Shown in pieces: positions 1 to 9,709 of a DNA stretch of 64,000 nt (position 1 is the stretch's first letter; every line of letters starts with the position of its first letter). The DNA lies in assembly GCA_023205875.1 (NCBI GenBank), contig CP060771.1:310001-374000 (forward strand), given 5' to 3'. This DNA is from Chloropicon primus (Eukaryota). The notes beneath the pieces are model-generated. The model was not told the origin of the DNA, searched no databases, and saw only the letters and a list, made by a program, of their open reading frames with translations. Made by a program: the position numbers and the translations under genes.

Positions 1-47
1 TTGCTCTTGCCATTGTGTGATCGCCGACAATCGATAGTGCCATCAGC

Positions 48-1529
48 ATGAAGGGCCTTGCAGCTGTCGTGGTGTCGGCGCTGATGCTGTCATCCACGAC
101 GAGCGGGGTCGTGCGCTGCCAGGAGATCCCGCAGTGGCTGAACGGGACAGCGCCGAGCCCGGCCGTCGAGGAGAGCAAAGGGTCCTCCCCCGCGACGACG
201 AAGATTCCTGGCTGGAAGAAGGACAGGATGGAGCAAGCCGCCCTCTTCAAGGAGACCCCGTCCGACGTGGTGATCTCCGCCGTCCTCGCGGAGCCCTCGG
301 GCAGGCAGAAGGAGTTCATCCAGCTGAAGAACCTCGGGGGGCAGGCCCAGGACCTCGAGGGCTGGAGGCTCACCCTGAAGAACTCGGGCGAGACCGAGGA
401 GACCTTTGAGTTCGTGGCCTCCGACGGGTGCGAGACCACGATCCCGCCGCTCGGGTCCCTCCTTGTGCTGAAGAAGGACGTGCAGAACCCCTGCGGGTTC
501 AACTTCGAGCTCGGGCCGAGCGAGGAGCTCGTCCTCTTCGAGGAGGGCGAGGACGCCGAGGGCGTCGACTCGGTGACTTGGGGCAATGTGGGCAGGGGCA
601 TCGTCCTGTACAGGAACGCCGAGGACGAGTACGACAGGGCGCCCCAGAACGTGGAGGGCAACGTGATCGACACCCTGACTCGCCTCGGGGGCTTCAAGAA
701 CATGCTCACCTTCCTGAAGCACTTTGACCTGGACAAGATCCTCAGCGGCCGCGGCGTCAGAAACACCGGAACCTGGCACAACAAGATCGTGAGGGAGATG
801 CCCACGAGCATCCCCTACACCCTGTTCGCGATCAAGGACGAGGCCTGGGAGTCCCTCTTCAAGGAGATGGCCGGGGAGTGGGCGCCCCCCCTGACCGCCT
901 CGGAGCTGCTCGAGATCGACGACGCCCTCGTGTTCGACATCATCTCCTTCCTGATGCTCGAGGACTCCTGGAACTCGAGGACGCTCAAGCTGAAGATGAG
1001 GGACAAGTCCTCCATGGCGTTCCAGACCGCCCACCCGGACAGGAAGGCCGTCCTTCAGCTCGACGAGTCCGGGACCATCCGCCTGAACTACGACTGCGTG
1101 GACTCCCCCAGCCCCGACGAGTTTGGCTGCGCCATCCAGAGGGGGTGGGGCAAGTGCCAGGAGGACTGGATGAATGACAACGGGTTCTTCTCGGGCAGGC
1201 CGCTGGGGTACTGCGAGTACGAGTGCGACAAGTGCTACTGCGACCCCCTGGAGGACAACTGCGCCAAGACAATCATTGCTGACGTCACCGCATCCAGCGG
1301 AGAGAAGGGAGTTGTCCACGTCATCGACAGACTGATCGAGGCGCCCCCGATCATGCCGGCTTGGGTGCCCACCGACGCCAACGGGAACCCGCTCCCGGGA
1401 AGCACCAAGAAGAAGTCCAAGTCCAGGAGAGCGGACAAGGAGAAGGAGGAGAAGAAGAAGTCTTCCTCCTCCTCGAGATCGTCCTCCAGGAGGACTTATC
1501 AGTACAACCCGTGGTGGGGTCGCAAGTGA
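48..1529 (+). CDS. Secreted protein: lamin-tail-like (LTD) domain + fasciclin (FAS1) domain with inserted Cys-rich module, basic Lys/Ser tail
   Basis: Signal peptide; LTD-like VVISAVLAEP...EFIQLKN...DLEGWRL; FAS1 H1 YTLFAIKDEAW and H2 GVVHVIDRLI; Cys motif CVDSP..CAIQRGWGKC..W..GYCEYECDKC. Confidence 0.65.
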   Translation: MKGLAAVVVSALMLSSTTSGVVRCQEIPQWLNGTAPSPAVEESKGSSPATTKIPGWKKDRMEQAALFKETPSDVVISAVLAEPSGRQKEFIQLKNLGGQAQDLEGWRLTLKNSGETEETFEFVASDGCETTIPPLGSLLVLKKDVQNPCGFNFELGPSEELVLFEEGEDAEGVDSVTWGNVGRGIVLYRNAEDEYDRAPQNVEGNVIDTLTRLGGFKNMLTFLKHFDLDKILSGRGVRNTGTWHNKIVREMPTSIPYTLFAIKDEAWESLFKEMAGEWAPPLTASELLEIDDALVFDIISFLMLEDSWNSRTLKLKMRDKSSMAFQTAHPDRKAVLQLDESGTIRLNYDCVDSPSPDEFGCAIQRGWGKCQEDWMNDNGFFSGRPLGYCEYECDKCYCDPLEDNCAKTIIADVTASSGEKGVVHVIDRLIEAPPIMPAWVPTDANGNPLPGSTKKKSKSRRADKEKEEKKKSSSSSRSSSRRTYQYNPWWGRK

Positions 1530-1677
1530 GGAAGGCGCGCGCGGAGTCCACCGCCGCGCCGTTCTCAAGGAGAACTTTTTCACTTTCACTTTCGCTCGAG
1601 CATTCAAAAGTAAATTAGCATAACACCGTCACTTTGATCCATCTGCTGTTGTGCTTGCTCCCTTCGCCGACGTGCTC

Positions 1678-2385
1678 TCACGAGAAAGCGATCATCATCA
1701 GTATCAGAAGCAGCACCGCGAGGCCCGCCATGACGACGGATTGCCACTTCCCCATCTTCCGCCCCAGTTTGTTTATCATGTTTCTCGCCGTGGTGAGCCG
1801 GGCTTTGGTCGTGTCCACCTCCTCCTCGAGCTCGCCTATCACAGTAGTCTGCAGCTCGATCTCGCCCCCGATCTGCAGACCCATCTCGCCCACGCGCCTC
1901 GCCGCCACGCTCAGGTCGTCCAGGTCCTCGTCCTGCCTCCTCATGAGCATCTGCTGGCTCTCGAAGGTTCTGTCCGTCTCGTCATTCATGTAAGAGGAAA
2001 CGATGCCCCGTTGCGGCGGGGCGGACGCCTCGCTCGCCCGCTTGCTCAGCCTAGCTGCCTCGAAGAGGTCCGTGATCCTTTCATGGTACCTCGCCGTCGT
2101 GGCCTTGAAGTCCTCAATCTGGTTCTTCCTCGTCTTCACTTCCTTTTCGGTGAGGTTGAACCTCTCCGGTGCCGCCACGGACGCCTCCACGGCCTTGGAG
2201 AGCTCGTTGACTTGCATCTCGGCGCTCTCCAAGGACTGCTGCATCTTCTTTAACGCTCCCGTCACCGTGTTCGACCGAATGAGGCCCTCGAGTTTGTCGT
2301 CGTAGACCTCCTCCTCAATCCTTTTCAGGGACGCGCGTATTTCGTCCTCCACGAGAAGGTAAGGGTCTCTCGAAGAGCCCTTCAT
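1678..2385 (-). CDS. Syntaxin-6/SYP6-like Qc-SNARE
   Basis: N-terminal DPYLLVEDEI (syntaxin-6 N domain), SNARE motif RRQDEDLDDLS, C-terminal TM helix; ATG chosen at 2385. Confidence 0.85.
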   Translation of the reverse strand: MKGSSRDPYLLVEDEIRASLKRIEEEVYDDKLEGLIRSNTVTGALKKMQQSLESAEMQVNELSKAVEASVAAPERFNLTEKEVKTRKNQIEDFKATTARYHERITDLFEAARLSKRASEASAPPQRGIVSSYMNDETDRTFESQQMLMRRQDEDLDDLSVAARRVGEMGLQIGGEIELQTTVIGELEEEVDTTKARLTTARNMINKLGRKMGKWQSVVMAGLAVLLLILMMIAFS

Positions 2386-2548
2386 GACCAAAGCCTTCAC
2401 CCCCTCGCCGTCCCCTCGCTTTGCAGCCTGCACCTCGCTCCGCTCCGCTCGTTCTCGTCGAGAGAGAGGTCTCGAGCCCTCGCTCCTTATAACGCTTTTA
2501 ACGCCTCGCTCTTCAATTAAATTGGAGAGGGAGGAGGGACCAAAATGA

Positions 2549-5500
2549 GGGATGACAATGGGCGATGGGGAGAGCAGGCCTGTGGCTTGGGACGATGACA
2601 CTGCAACAACAACAAGAACAACAAAAAAGATGGATGGATGCATCACATGGTATTGATTGGAACATCATAATACCACTACTAATCGTTAAAAGGCAGCAGC
2701 GAGGCCACCAGCCAATGATGACGACGATGACGACGATGGTGATGCGGGCTTGTGCTTCACCACGAACGTTCTGATCTGCATCGGGTCCACGCTCACCACC
2801 GTGGTGCCCGTGATCGAGCCCAGGTCCTGGTTCGCGCTCAAGCTCTTCTCGTGAATCTCCGTGATCTGCTTCCCTGGCAACAGACTCTGCAAGTCGACCT
2901 TGGCCGTCCTCGAGTGCGAGGAGCTCTCCATCGCCTGGTACATGTGCGCCAACCGGATCAGAATGCTCGCGGCGTCCTGGGCGTGGAAGGTCATCACGCT
3001 CACGTTGTCTGGAAACTTGCCCTGGATACCGGAAAGGGGGAAACCCTATCCATGCTCGTGATCGCCCGGAAAGCGGTCACCAAGGGGGACTCCTTCCTCG
3101 CCTGCACTTGCCTCCTCAAACCAGGACCGTCGGTTGCAGAAGCAAGTACGAGACCCGTGGTGCCCGCGACCCTCAGACCCGCGCAATGGCAGTCCCTGCA
3201 ACCGCACTCGGTCTCGTTCAGGGCCTCCCCAACCCCCCTCGCGTCGTCCGCAAGGATTCGCCTGTGAACCATGAACTCCAAGTCCCCGCTGTTCAGGCTC
3301 GTGCCGCCGCAAGCCCTGTCCAAAAGCACAGCCATCTCACTCTTGTCGTCGTGGATGGCAAGGGCTGCAGTCAGGGGATAGTAGTTCCCCGCAACGGGCT
3401 CGGAGACCTGCAAGTACCAAGTGGGCCTGTAGTTCACCACGCGCTTCAGCATGTCCCTGCCGTTCGAGTCCGTGTAAAACTCGTCCCCGCTCGATACGCT
3501 GGAAGAAACCCTCATCGAGATCTCCTTGCCCAAGTTATCGGCAAAGGGTATCGGGCCCACGCGCCACATGAGCTCCGCCCAATCCCGGTTCCCGTACACC
3601 CTTGTGCTCAAATGCAGCCAAGGCGCAAACGTCTGCCTCATCTCGCTGAACAGGGGGCCCTCCACCACGGTCAGATTCAGCTTGTCCCCCCGGTTCAGGA
3701 GGGGCAAGGTTCCCTCGGGGCGGAAAATGTAAGCACCCGAGTTCTGGCCCTGGCCGTTACTCGAGTTGTACACCAAGAAGTCAATCGAGGACTCCATCTG
3801 GATCCCGTACTTTTGGTTCTCCATGCCACGCATCAGACCAGAGGAACCATCAAAGGTCAAACCAATGTTGCCGTCCGAGATCTTGATGCTGGCCTCGTTG
3901 GGGGAAACCGCGCGGGTCTTGGACCTCTGCGCCAACGTAGCGTTCTGAGGAATGTTCTGGAACAGCACATAGTACACTGCCAATCCCTTCGGAGGTATTT
4001 GCACCGCGAAGCCCAAGTCCTCCACGTCCTCACTCGATCCCGGGCGCACCGAGGGGTCCAGACCCGTGATTTGCGAGGCAACGGGGTTCATCGCGCCGTC
4101 AAAAACAGCCACTGAACTTTCCTTGCCAATGGGAAGGTGCACAAAATCGTCCCTCGCTTGAGCAAGATTGTTGTACACCACAATCTGCATGTTTTGCTTG
4201 CTCCTGCTGGACGTCTCCGTGAAAGCGCAAGTGCTGATGTTCAGCAACGGGCACTGCACGAAGTCGTTGTCGAGATCCAGTCCCTCGGCCCTTTGCAGCA
4301 CATCGCCATCATTGACAGAGGACTCCTCCACAGGTCTGATGACACCGTCATCATCTCCGCCTCTGCCCCTCACCTTGCTGTCGATGATCTCCTTGAACCC
4401 CTGGTTCAGGAGAGAGGCAGCACCCTCGCCGCCCTTGTACAAGCGCTTCGCGTAGTCGTCCGCCACAGCCTGTTTCGCTGTGCCAGTGATGGCATCGTGG
4501 TGCAGGACGATGCTCACGGCGTTCTCCAGTTCATCAAGCACGTCGCTCTCCCGAAGGGAGCTGCCCATGAAGTACTGAATTTGCCTTGCGCTCTGCAGGT
4601 ACGAGGTCATCAAGAACGCGTAACGCTTCTGGCTTGGCCTGGAGGTGAAGTACCCTGTCCAGTAGGCGTGCCAGTCATCCGAGTAGGGGAAGAAGTCGTC
4701 CGACTTGGTGGGAAACTCAACGCCCGAAGCTCTCTTGGCCGCAAAGTAGTCCTCTGGCGAGGAATAGAACACGTTCACCCTGGGGTCTTTGTTCGCATAG
4801 TGAATCAGCTTGTCCAAGTTCTTGTACCAGACGTGAGCATTCTCCCACTGGAAATCGGAGCCCATGAGGAACATGATATCGTCACCCCTGATGGTATCAT
4901 TGTAATAGAGCGCCTCCTGGATGAAGTCATTGACCCTTTCATCCACGTTGTAGTCCTCGAGGCTCGTGTCATCCTGGATGGGCGCGCACGCGCACCGATT
5001 GAAGTCAAAGCAGAAGCAGTTTGGTGGCTCGTAATTGCCATCTGGCCTGATCTGCGTCAAGATCGCCTTTGACTTGCCAAACGTAGGAGATGGAGACCAA
5101 AGCATCTCCATGTCACGCTCGATCCTTCTCTTGAGAAGGTCCGCGTGGTCAGAGCGCCCAAGGACCATAGCATCGAAGCCGAGGTCGTGTCCGAACAGAT
5201 ACGCTTGCGTTGCAGAGTGTCCGAACGGATCAAGCTGCCATCCAGTCCTCGGAACGTACCCAAATGTGTCAAGCAAGAACCTGTGGCCTCTGGTTGTCTG
5301 ATCCACCATCCCGACAAAGTGAGCCGCAGCCTCGTCGTGCATACACCACCCACCGTTGGCAAAAGTCAGCTGCTTGTTCTTCACCAAAGTCCTCGCCGCT
5401 TCCCTCTTGGCATCGCTGGCCTCGTTCCACCACCTGGAAAAAAACGCCATCTCCACGTATACGAACTTACGATCCGGATTGTCCTGCAAGTTCTGCACAA

Positions 5501-8500
5501 CACTGTCGATGATGTAGTTCACACCAGCTTTCCTGATATCCTGCCTGGACCCAACATAGTACTGATCAACCGTTTTCTGCCAACCCACGTCATCGTGAGT
5601 GTGGCACACCAAGTGGACATTGATGACACCACTCTCTCGGTCCTTGGGCGTCGTGTTATAGCACTGCGAGTCGCAGGACACCACTGACACGAGAGCCAAC
5701 ACGAGCACAACCAAGGCCGTCATCAACATCCTGACCGAGACAACCATCTTGTGTTGGTGGCTGAGCGGCCAAGGAAAAATAAGGTTGATCACGGGGATGT
5801 GGATGGACCGATGGAATGGAAGAGGATCACCCGGATCTCACTCCTCCTCGTAACAAAGTTCAGGCTTGTGTCTCGTTGTCACTTGATATCGCTCATCAGC
5901 AGTCACCTCATCCTGAAAACTGTCCTTGGGATCAAGCGTCAGGGAATCCGATGATTTGTTTGGAGCAGAGGACAGAGGAGAGGCAAGAGTGATCTCTAAG
6001 GGACGGGGGGGAACACGATTAGAGAAACGTTGTTCACAATTACACCACTACCCTCATCCATTCCCTTCTCCAGCATTTCAGTCGCTCCTGGCCTAGAAGA
6101 AAGAGAGGGGGGATGACAATGGGCGATGGGGAGAGCAGGCCTGTGGCTTGGGACGATGACACTGCAACAACAACAAGAACAACAAAAAAGATGGATGGAT
6201 GCATCACATGGTATTGATTGGAACATCATAATACCACTACTAATCGTTAAAAGGCAGCAGCGAGGCCACCAGCCAATGATGACGACGATGACGACGATGG
6301 TGATGCGGGCTTGTGCTTCACCACGAACGTTCTGATCTGCATCGGGTCCACGCTCACCACCGTGGTGCCCGTGATCGAGCCCAGGTCCTGGTTCGCGCTC
6401 AAGCTCTTCTCGTGAATCTCCGTGATCTGCTTCCCTGGCAACAGACTCTGCAAGTCGACCTTGGCCGTCCTCGAGTGCGAGGAGCTCTCCATCGCCTGGT
6501 ACATGTGCGCCAACCGGATCAGAATGCTCGCGGCGTCCTGGGCGTGGAAGGTCATCACGCTCACGTTGTCTGGAAACTTGCCCTGGATACCGGAAAGGGG
6601 GGAAACCCTATCCATGCTCGTGATCGCCCGGAAAGCGGTCACCAAGGGGGACTCCTTCCTCGCCTGCACTTGCCTCCTCAAACCAGGACCGTCGGTTGCA
6701 GAAGCAAGTACGAGACCCGTGGTGCCCGCGACCCTCAGACCCGCGCAATGGCAGTCCCTGCAACCGCACTCGGTCTCGTTCAGGGCCTCCCCAACCCCCC
6801 TCGCGTCGTCCGCAAGGATTCGCCTGTGAACCATGAACTCCAAGTCCCCGCTGTTCAGGCTCGTGCCGCCGCAAGCCCTGTCCAAAAGCACAGCCATCTC
6901 ACTCTTGTCGTCGTGGATGGCAAGGGCTGCAGTCAGGGGATAGTAGTTCCCCGCAACGGGCTCGGAGACCTGCAAGTCCCAAGTGGGCCTGTAGTTCACC
7001 ACGCGCTTCAGCATGTCCCTGCCGTTCGAGTCCGTGTAAAACTCGTCCCCGCTCGATACGCTGGAAGAAACCCTCATCGAGATCTCCTTGCCCAAGTTAT
7101 CGGCAAAGGGTATCGGGCCCACGCGCCACATGAGCTCCGCCCAATCCCGGTTCCCGTACACCCTTGTGCTCAAATGCAGCCAAGGCGCAAACGTCTGCCT
7201 CATCTCGCTGAACAGGGGGCCCTCCACCACGGTCAGATTCAGCTTGTCCCCCCGGTTCAGGAGGGGCAAGGTTCCCTCGGGGCGGAAAATGTAAGCACCC
7301 GAGTTCTGGCCCTGGCCGTTACTCGAGTTGTACACCAAGAAGTCAATCGAGGACTCCATCTGGATCCCGTACTTTTGGTTCTCCATGCCACGCATCAGAC
7401 CAGAGGAACCATCAAAGGTCAAACCAATGTTGCCGTCCGAGATCTTGATGCTGGCCTCGTTGGGGGAAACCGCGCGGGTCTTGGACCTCTGCGCCAACGT
7501 AGCGTTCTGAGGAATGTTCTGGAACAGCACATAGTACACTGCCAATCCCTTCGGAGGTATTTGCACTGCGAAGCCCAAGTCCTCCACGTCCTCACTCGAT
7601 CCCGGGCGCACCGAGGGGTCCAGACCCGTGATTTGCGAGGCAACGGGGTTCATCGCGCCGTCAAAAACAGCCACTGAACTTTCCTTGCCAATGGGAAGGT
7701 GCACAAAATCGTCCCTCGCTTGAGCAAGATTGTTGTACACCACAACCTGCATGTTTTGCTTGCTCCTGCTGGACGTCTCCGTGAAAGCGCAAGTGCTGAT
7801 GTTCAGCAACGGGCACTGCACGAAGTCGTTGTCGAGATCCAGTCCCTCGGCCCTTTGCAGCACATCGCCATCATTGACAGAGGACTCCTCCACAGGTCTG
7901 ATGACACCGTCATCATCTCCGCCTCTGCCCCTCACCTTGCTGTCGATGATCTCCTTGAACCCCTGGTTCAGGAGAGAGGCAGCACCCTCGCCGCCCTTGT
8001 ACAAGCGCTTCGCGTAGTCGTCCGCCACAGCCTGTTTCGCTGTGCCAGTGATGGCATCGTGGTGCAGGACGATGCTCACGGCGTTCTCCAGTTCATCAAG
8101 CACGTCGCTCTCCCGAAGGGAGCTGCCCATGAAGTACTGAATTTGCCTTGCGCTCTGCAGGTACGAGGTCATCAAGAACGCGTAACGCTTCTGGCTTGGC
8201 CTGGAGGTAAAGTACCCTGTCCAATAACCATTCCAACCGTCCGAGTAGGGGAAGAAGTCGTCCGACTTGGTGGGAAACTCAACGCCCGAAGCTCTCTTGG
8301 CCGCAAAGTAGTCCTCTGGCGAGGAATAGAACACGTTCACCCTGGGGTCTTTGTTCGCATAGTGAATCAGCTTGTCCAAGTTCTTGTACCAGATGTTCGC
8401 GTTCTCCCACTGGAAATCGGAGCCCATGAGGAACATGATATCGTCACCCCTGATGGTATCATTATAGAGGATAGCCTGCTGGACAAACTCTTCGACCTTC

Positions 8501-9293
8501 TGGTCCACGTTGTAGTCCTCGAGGCTCGTGTCATCCTGGATGGGATCACAGGCGCAGGCGTTGAAGTCGAAGCAGAAGCAAGGAGGAGGCTGGTAGTTGC
8601 CATCTGGCCTGATCTGCGTCAAGATCGCCTTTGACTTGCCAAACGTAGGAGATGGAGACCAAAGCATCTCCATGGACTTTTCAAGCTTCCTCTTCTCGAG
8701 GTCGACGTGGTCAGAGCGCCCAAGGACCATAGCATCGAAGCCGAGGTCGTGTCCGAACAGATACGCTTGCGTTGCAGAGTGTCCGAACGGATCAAGCTGC
8801 CATCCAGTCCTCGGAACGTACCCAAATGTGTCAAGCAAGAACCTGTGGCCTCTGGTTGTCTGATCCACCATCCCGACAAAGTGAGCCGCAGCCTCGTCGT
8901 GCATACACCACCCACCGTTGGCAAAAGTCAGCTGCTTGTTCTTCACCAAAGTCCTCGCCGCTTCCCTCTTGGCATCGCTGGCCTCGTTCCACCACCTGGA
9001 AAAAAACGCCATCTCCACGTATACGAACTTACGATCCGGATTGTCCTGCAAGTTCTGCACAACACTGTCGATGATATAACCGACTCCTGCCTTGTAGATG
9101 TTCTGCTGGGATCCCACAAAGTATTCGTCCACATTCTTCAACCAACCCACGTCATCGTGAGTGTGGCACACCAAGTGGACATTGATGACACCACTCTCTC
9201 GGTTCTTGGGCGTCGTGTTATAGCACTGCGAGTCGCAGGACACCACTGACACGAGAGCCAACACGAGCACAACCAAGGCCATCATCAACATCC
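2549..9293. repeat. Tandem segmental duplication, ~3.2-kb units (about 2549-5732 and 6110-9293)
   Basis: Near-identical sequence at offset 3561/3562, including the 3' UTR. Confidence 0.95.
2686..5747 (-). pseudogene. GH38 alpha-mannosidase copy A, carrying a 1-nt frameshift near the 3' end (pseudogene or sequencing error)
   Basis: HTHDDVGW and GWQLDPFGHS motifs; G5 at 3036-3040 versus G6 at 6597-6602 in copy B splits the ORF into 3000..5792 and 2686..3003. Confidence 0.8.
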
Positions 9294-9375
9294 TAACCTT
9301 TATGTTGATGCCCGAATCGAACGCCAAGGAGAAAGAAGTTTGCGGAGAGGAGGGAGTGTAACGCACGTAACGCAT
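6247..9375 (-). CDS. GH38 (lysosomal/vacuolar type) alpha-mannosidase copy B, intact
   Basis: Signal peptide, HTHDDVGW, GWQLDPFGHS, HHDAITGT, FYTDSNG motifs; exact start uncertain. Confidence 0.93.
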   Translation of the reverse strand: MRYVRYTPSSPQTSFSLAFDSGINIKVRMLMMALVVLVLALVSVVSCDSQCYNTTPKNRESGVINVHLVCHTHDDVGWLKNVDEYFVGSQQNIYKAGVGYIIDSVVQNLQDNPDRKFVYVEMAFFSRWWNEASDAKREAARTLVKNKQLTFANGGWCMHDEAAAHFVGMVDQTTRGHRFLLDTFGYVPRTGWQLDPFGHSATQAYLFGHDLGFDAMVLGRSDHVDLEKRKLEKSMEMLWSPSPTFGKSKAILTQIRPDGNYQPPPCFCFDFNACACDPIQDDTSLEDYNVDQKVEEFVQQAILYNDTIRGDDIMFLMGSDFQWENANIWYKNLDKLIHYANKDPRVNVFYSSPEDYFAAKRASGVEFPTKSDDFFPYSDGWNGYWTGYFTSRPSQKRYAFLMTSYLQSARQIQYFMGSSLRESDVLDELENAVSIVLHHDAITGTAKQAVADDYAKRLYKGGEGAASLLNQGFKEIIDSKVRGRGGDDDGVIRPVEESSVNDGDVLQRAEGLDLDNDFVQCPLLNISTCAFTETSSRSKQNMQVVVYNNLAQARDDFVHLPIGKESSVAVFDGAMNPVASQITGLDPSVRPGSSEDVEDLGFAVQIPPKGLAVYYVLFQNIPQNATLAQRSKTRAVSPNEASIKISDGNIGLTFDGSSGLMRGMENQKYGIQMESSIDFLVYNSSNGQGQNSGAYIFRPEGTLPLLNRGDKLNLTVVEGPLFSEMRQTFAPWLHLSTRVYGNRDWAELMWRVGPIPFADNLGKEISMRVSSSVSSGDEFYTDSNGRDMLKRVVNYRPTWDLQVSEPVAGNYYPLTAALAIHDDKSEMAVLLDRACGGTSLNSGDLEFMVHRRILADDARGVGEALNETECGCRDCHCAGLRVAGTTGLVLASATDGPGLRRQVQARKESPLVTAFRAITSMDRVSPLSGIQGKFPDNVSVMTFHAQDAASILIRLAHMYQAMESSSHSRTAKVDLQSLLPGKQITEIHEKSLSANQDLGSITGTTVVSVDPMQIRTFVVKHKPASPSSSSSSSLAGGLAAAF

Positions 9376-9709
9376 GGTGGTGGACCGACGGAATGACCAA
9401 GGCCACCTGTGCCTCGCTCCTTGCTCGCTTCGCACGCGCACGAGGTGATCGATCGACCCCTTCAGTCCTTCTCAAGCAGCAGAGAGGGAACCCCAATGAA
9501 TGGCATCATCTCGAGGGAAAAAATGAAACGCCTTTGGAGGGTGAAGGTGAAGGTGATTGGGGAAAGGAAGAGCAAGGGCAAGAGGAGTGGTGGATGGATG
9601 GATAGATGGATGGATTCGTTGCCTCTTCCTCTTTCCGTAGAGCCTACTCACCCACTACTGGTGAGGATGATGATGACGGGACTGTGTCAACTTTTGGGTA
9701 GATGGATTA

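Noticed and set aside
90..1607. Long antisense ORFs (also 13568-15100, 25924-27981, 41586-42830, 46905-48572, 58784-60259)
   Set aside because: Shadow ORFs opposite real genes, expected from high GC3; no motifs
2386..2646. Signal-peptide-like N-terminal extension of the syntaxin ORF
   Set aside because: Partly derived from the duplicated mannosidase 3' UTR (same sequence at ~6110-6210); homology starts at the 2385 ATG
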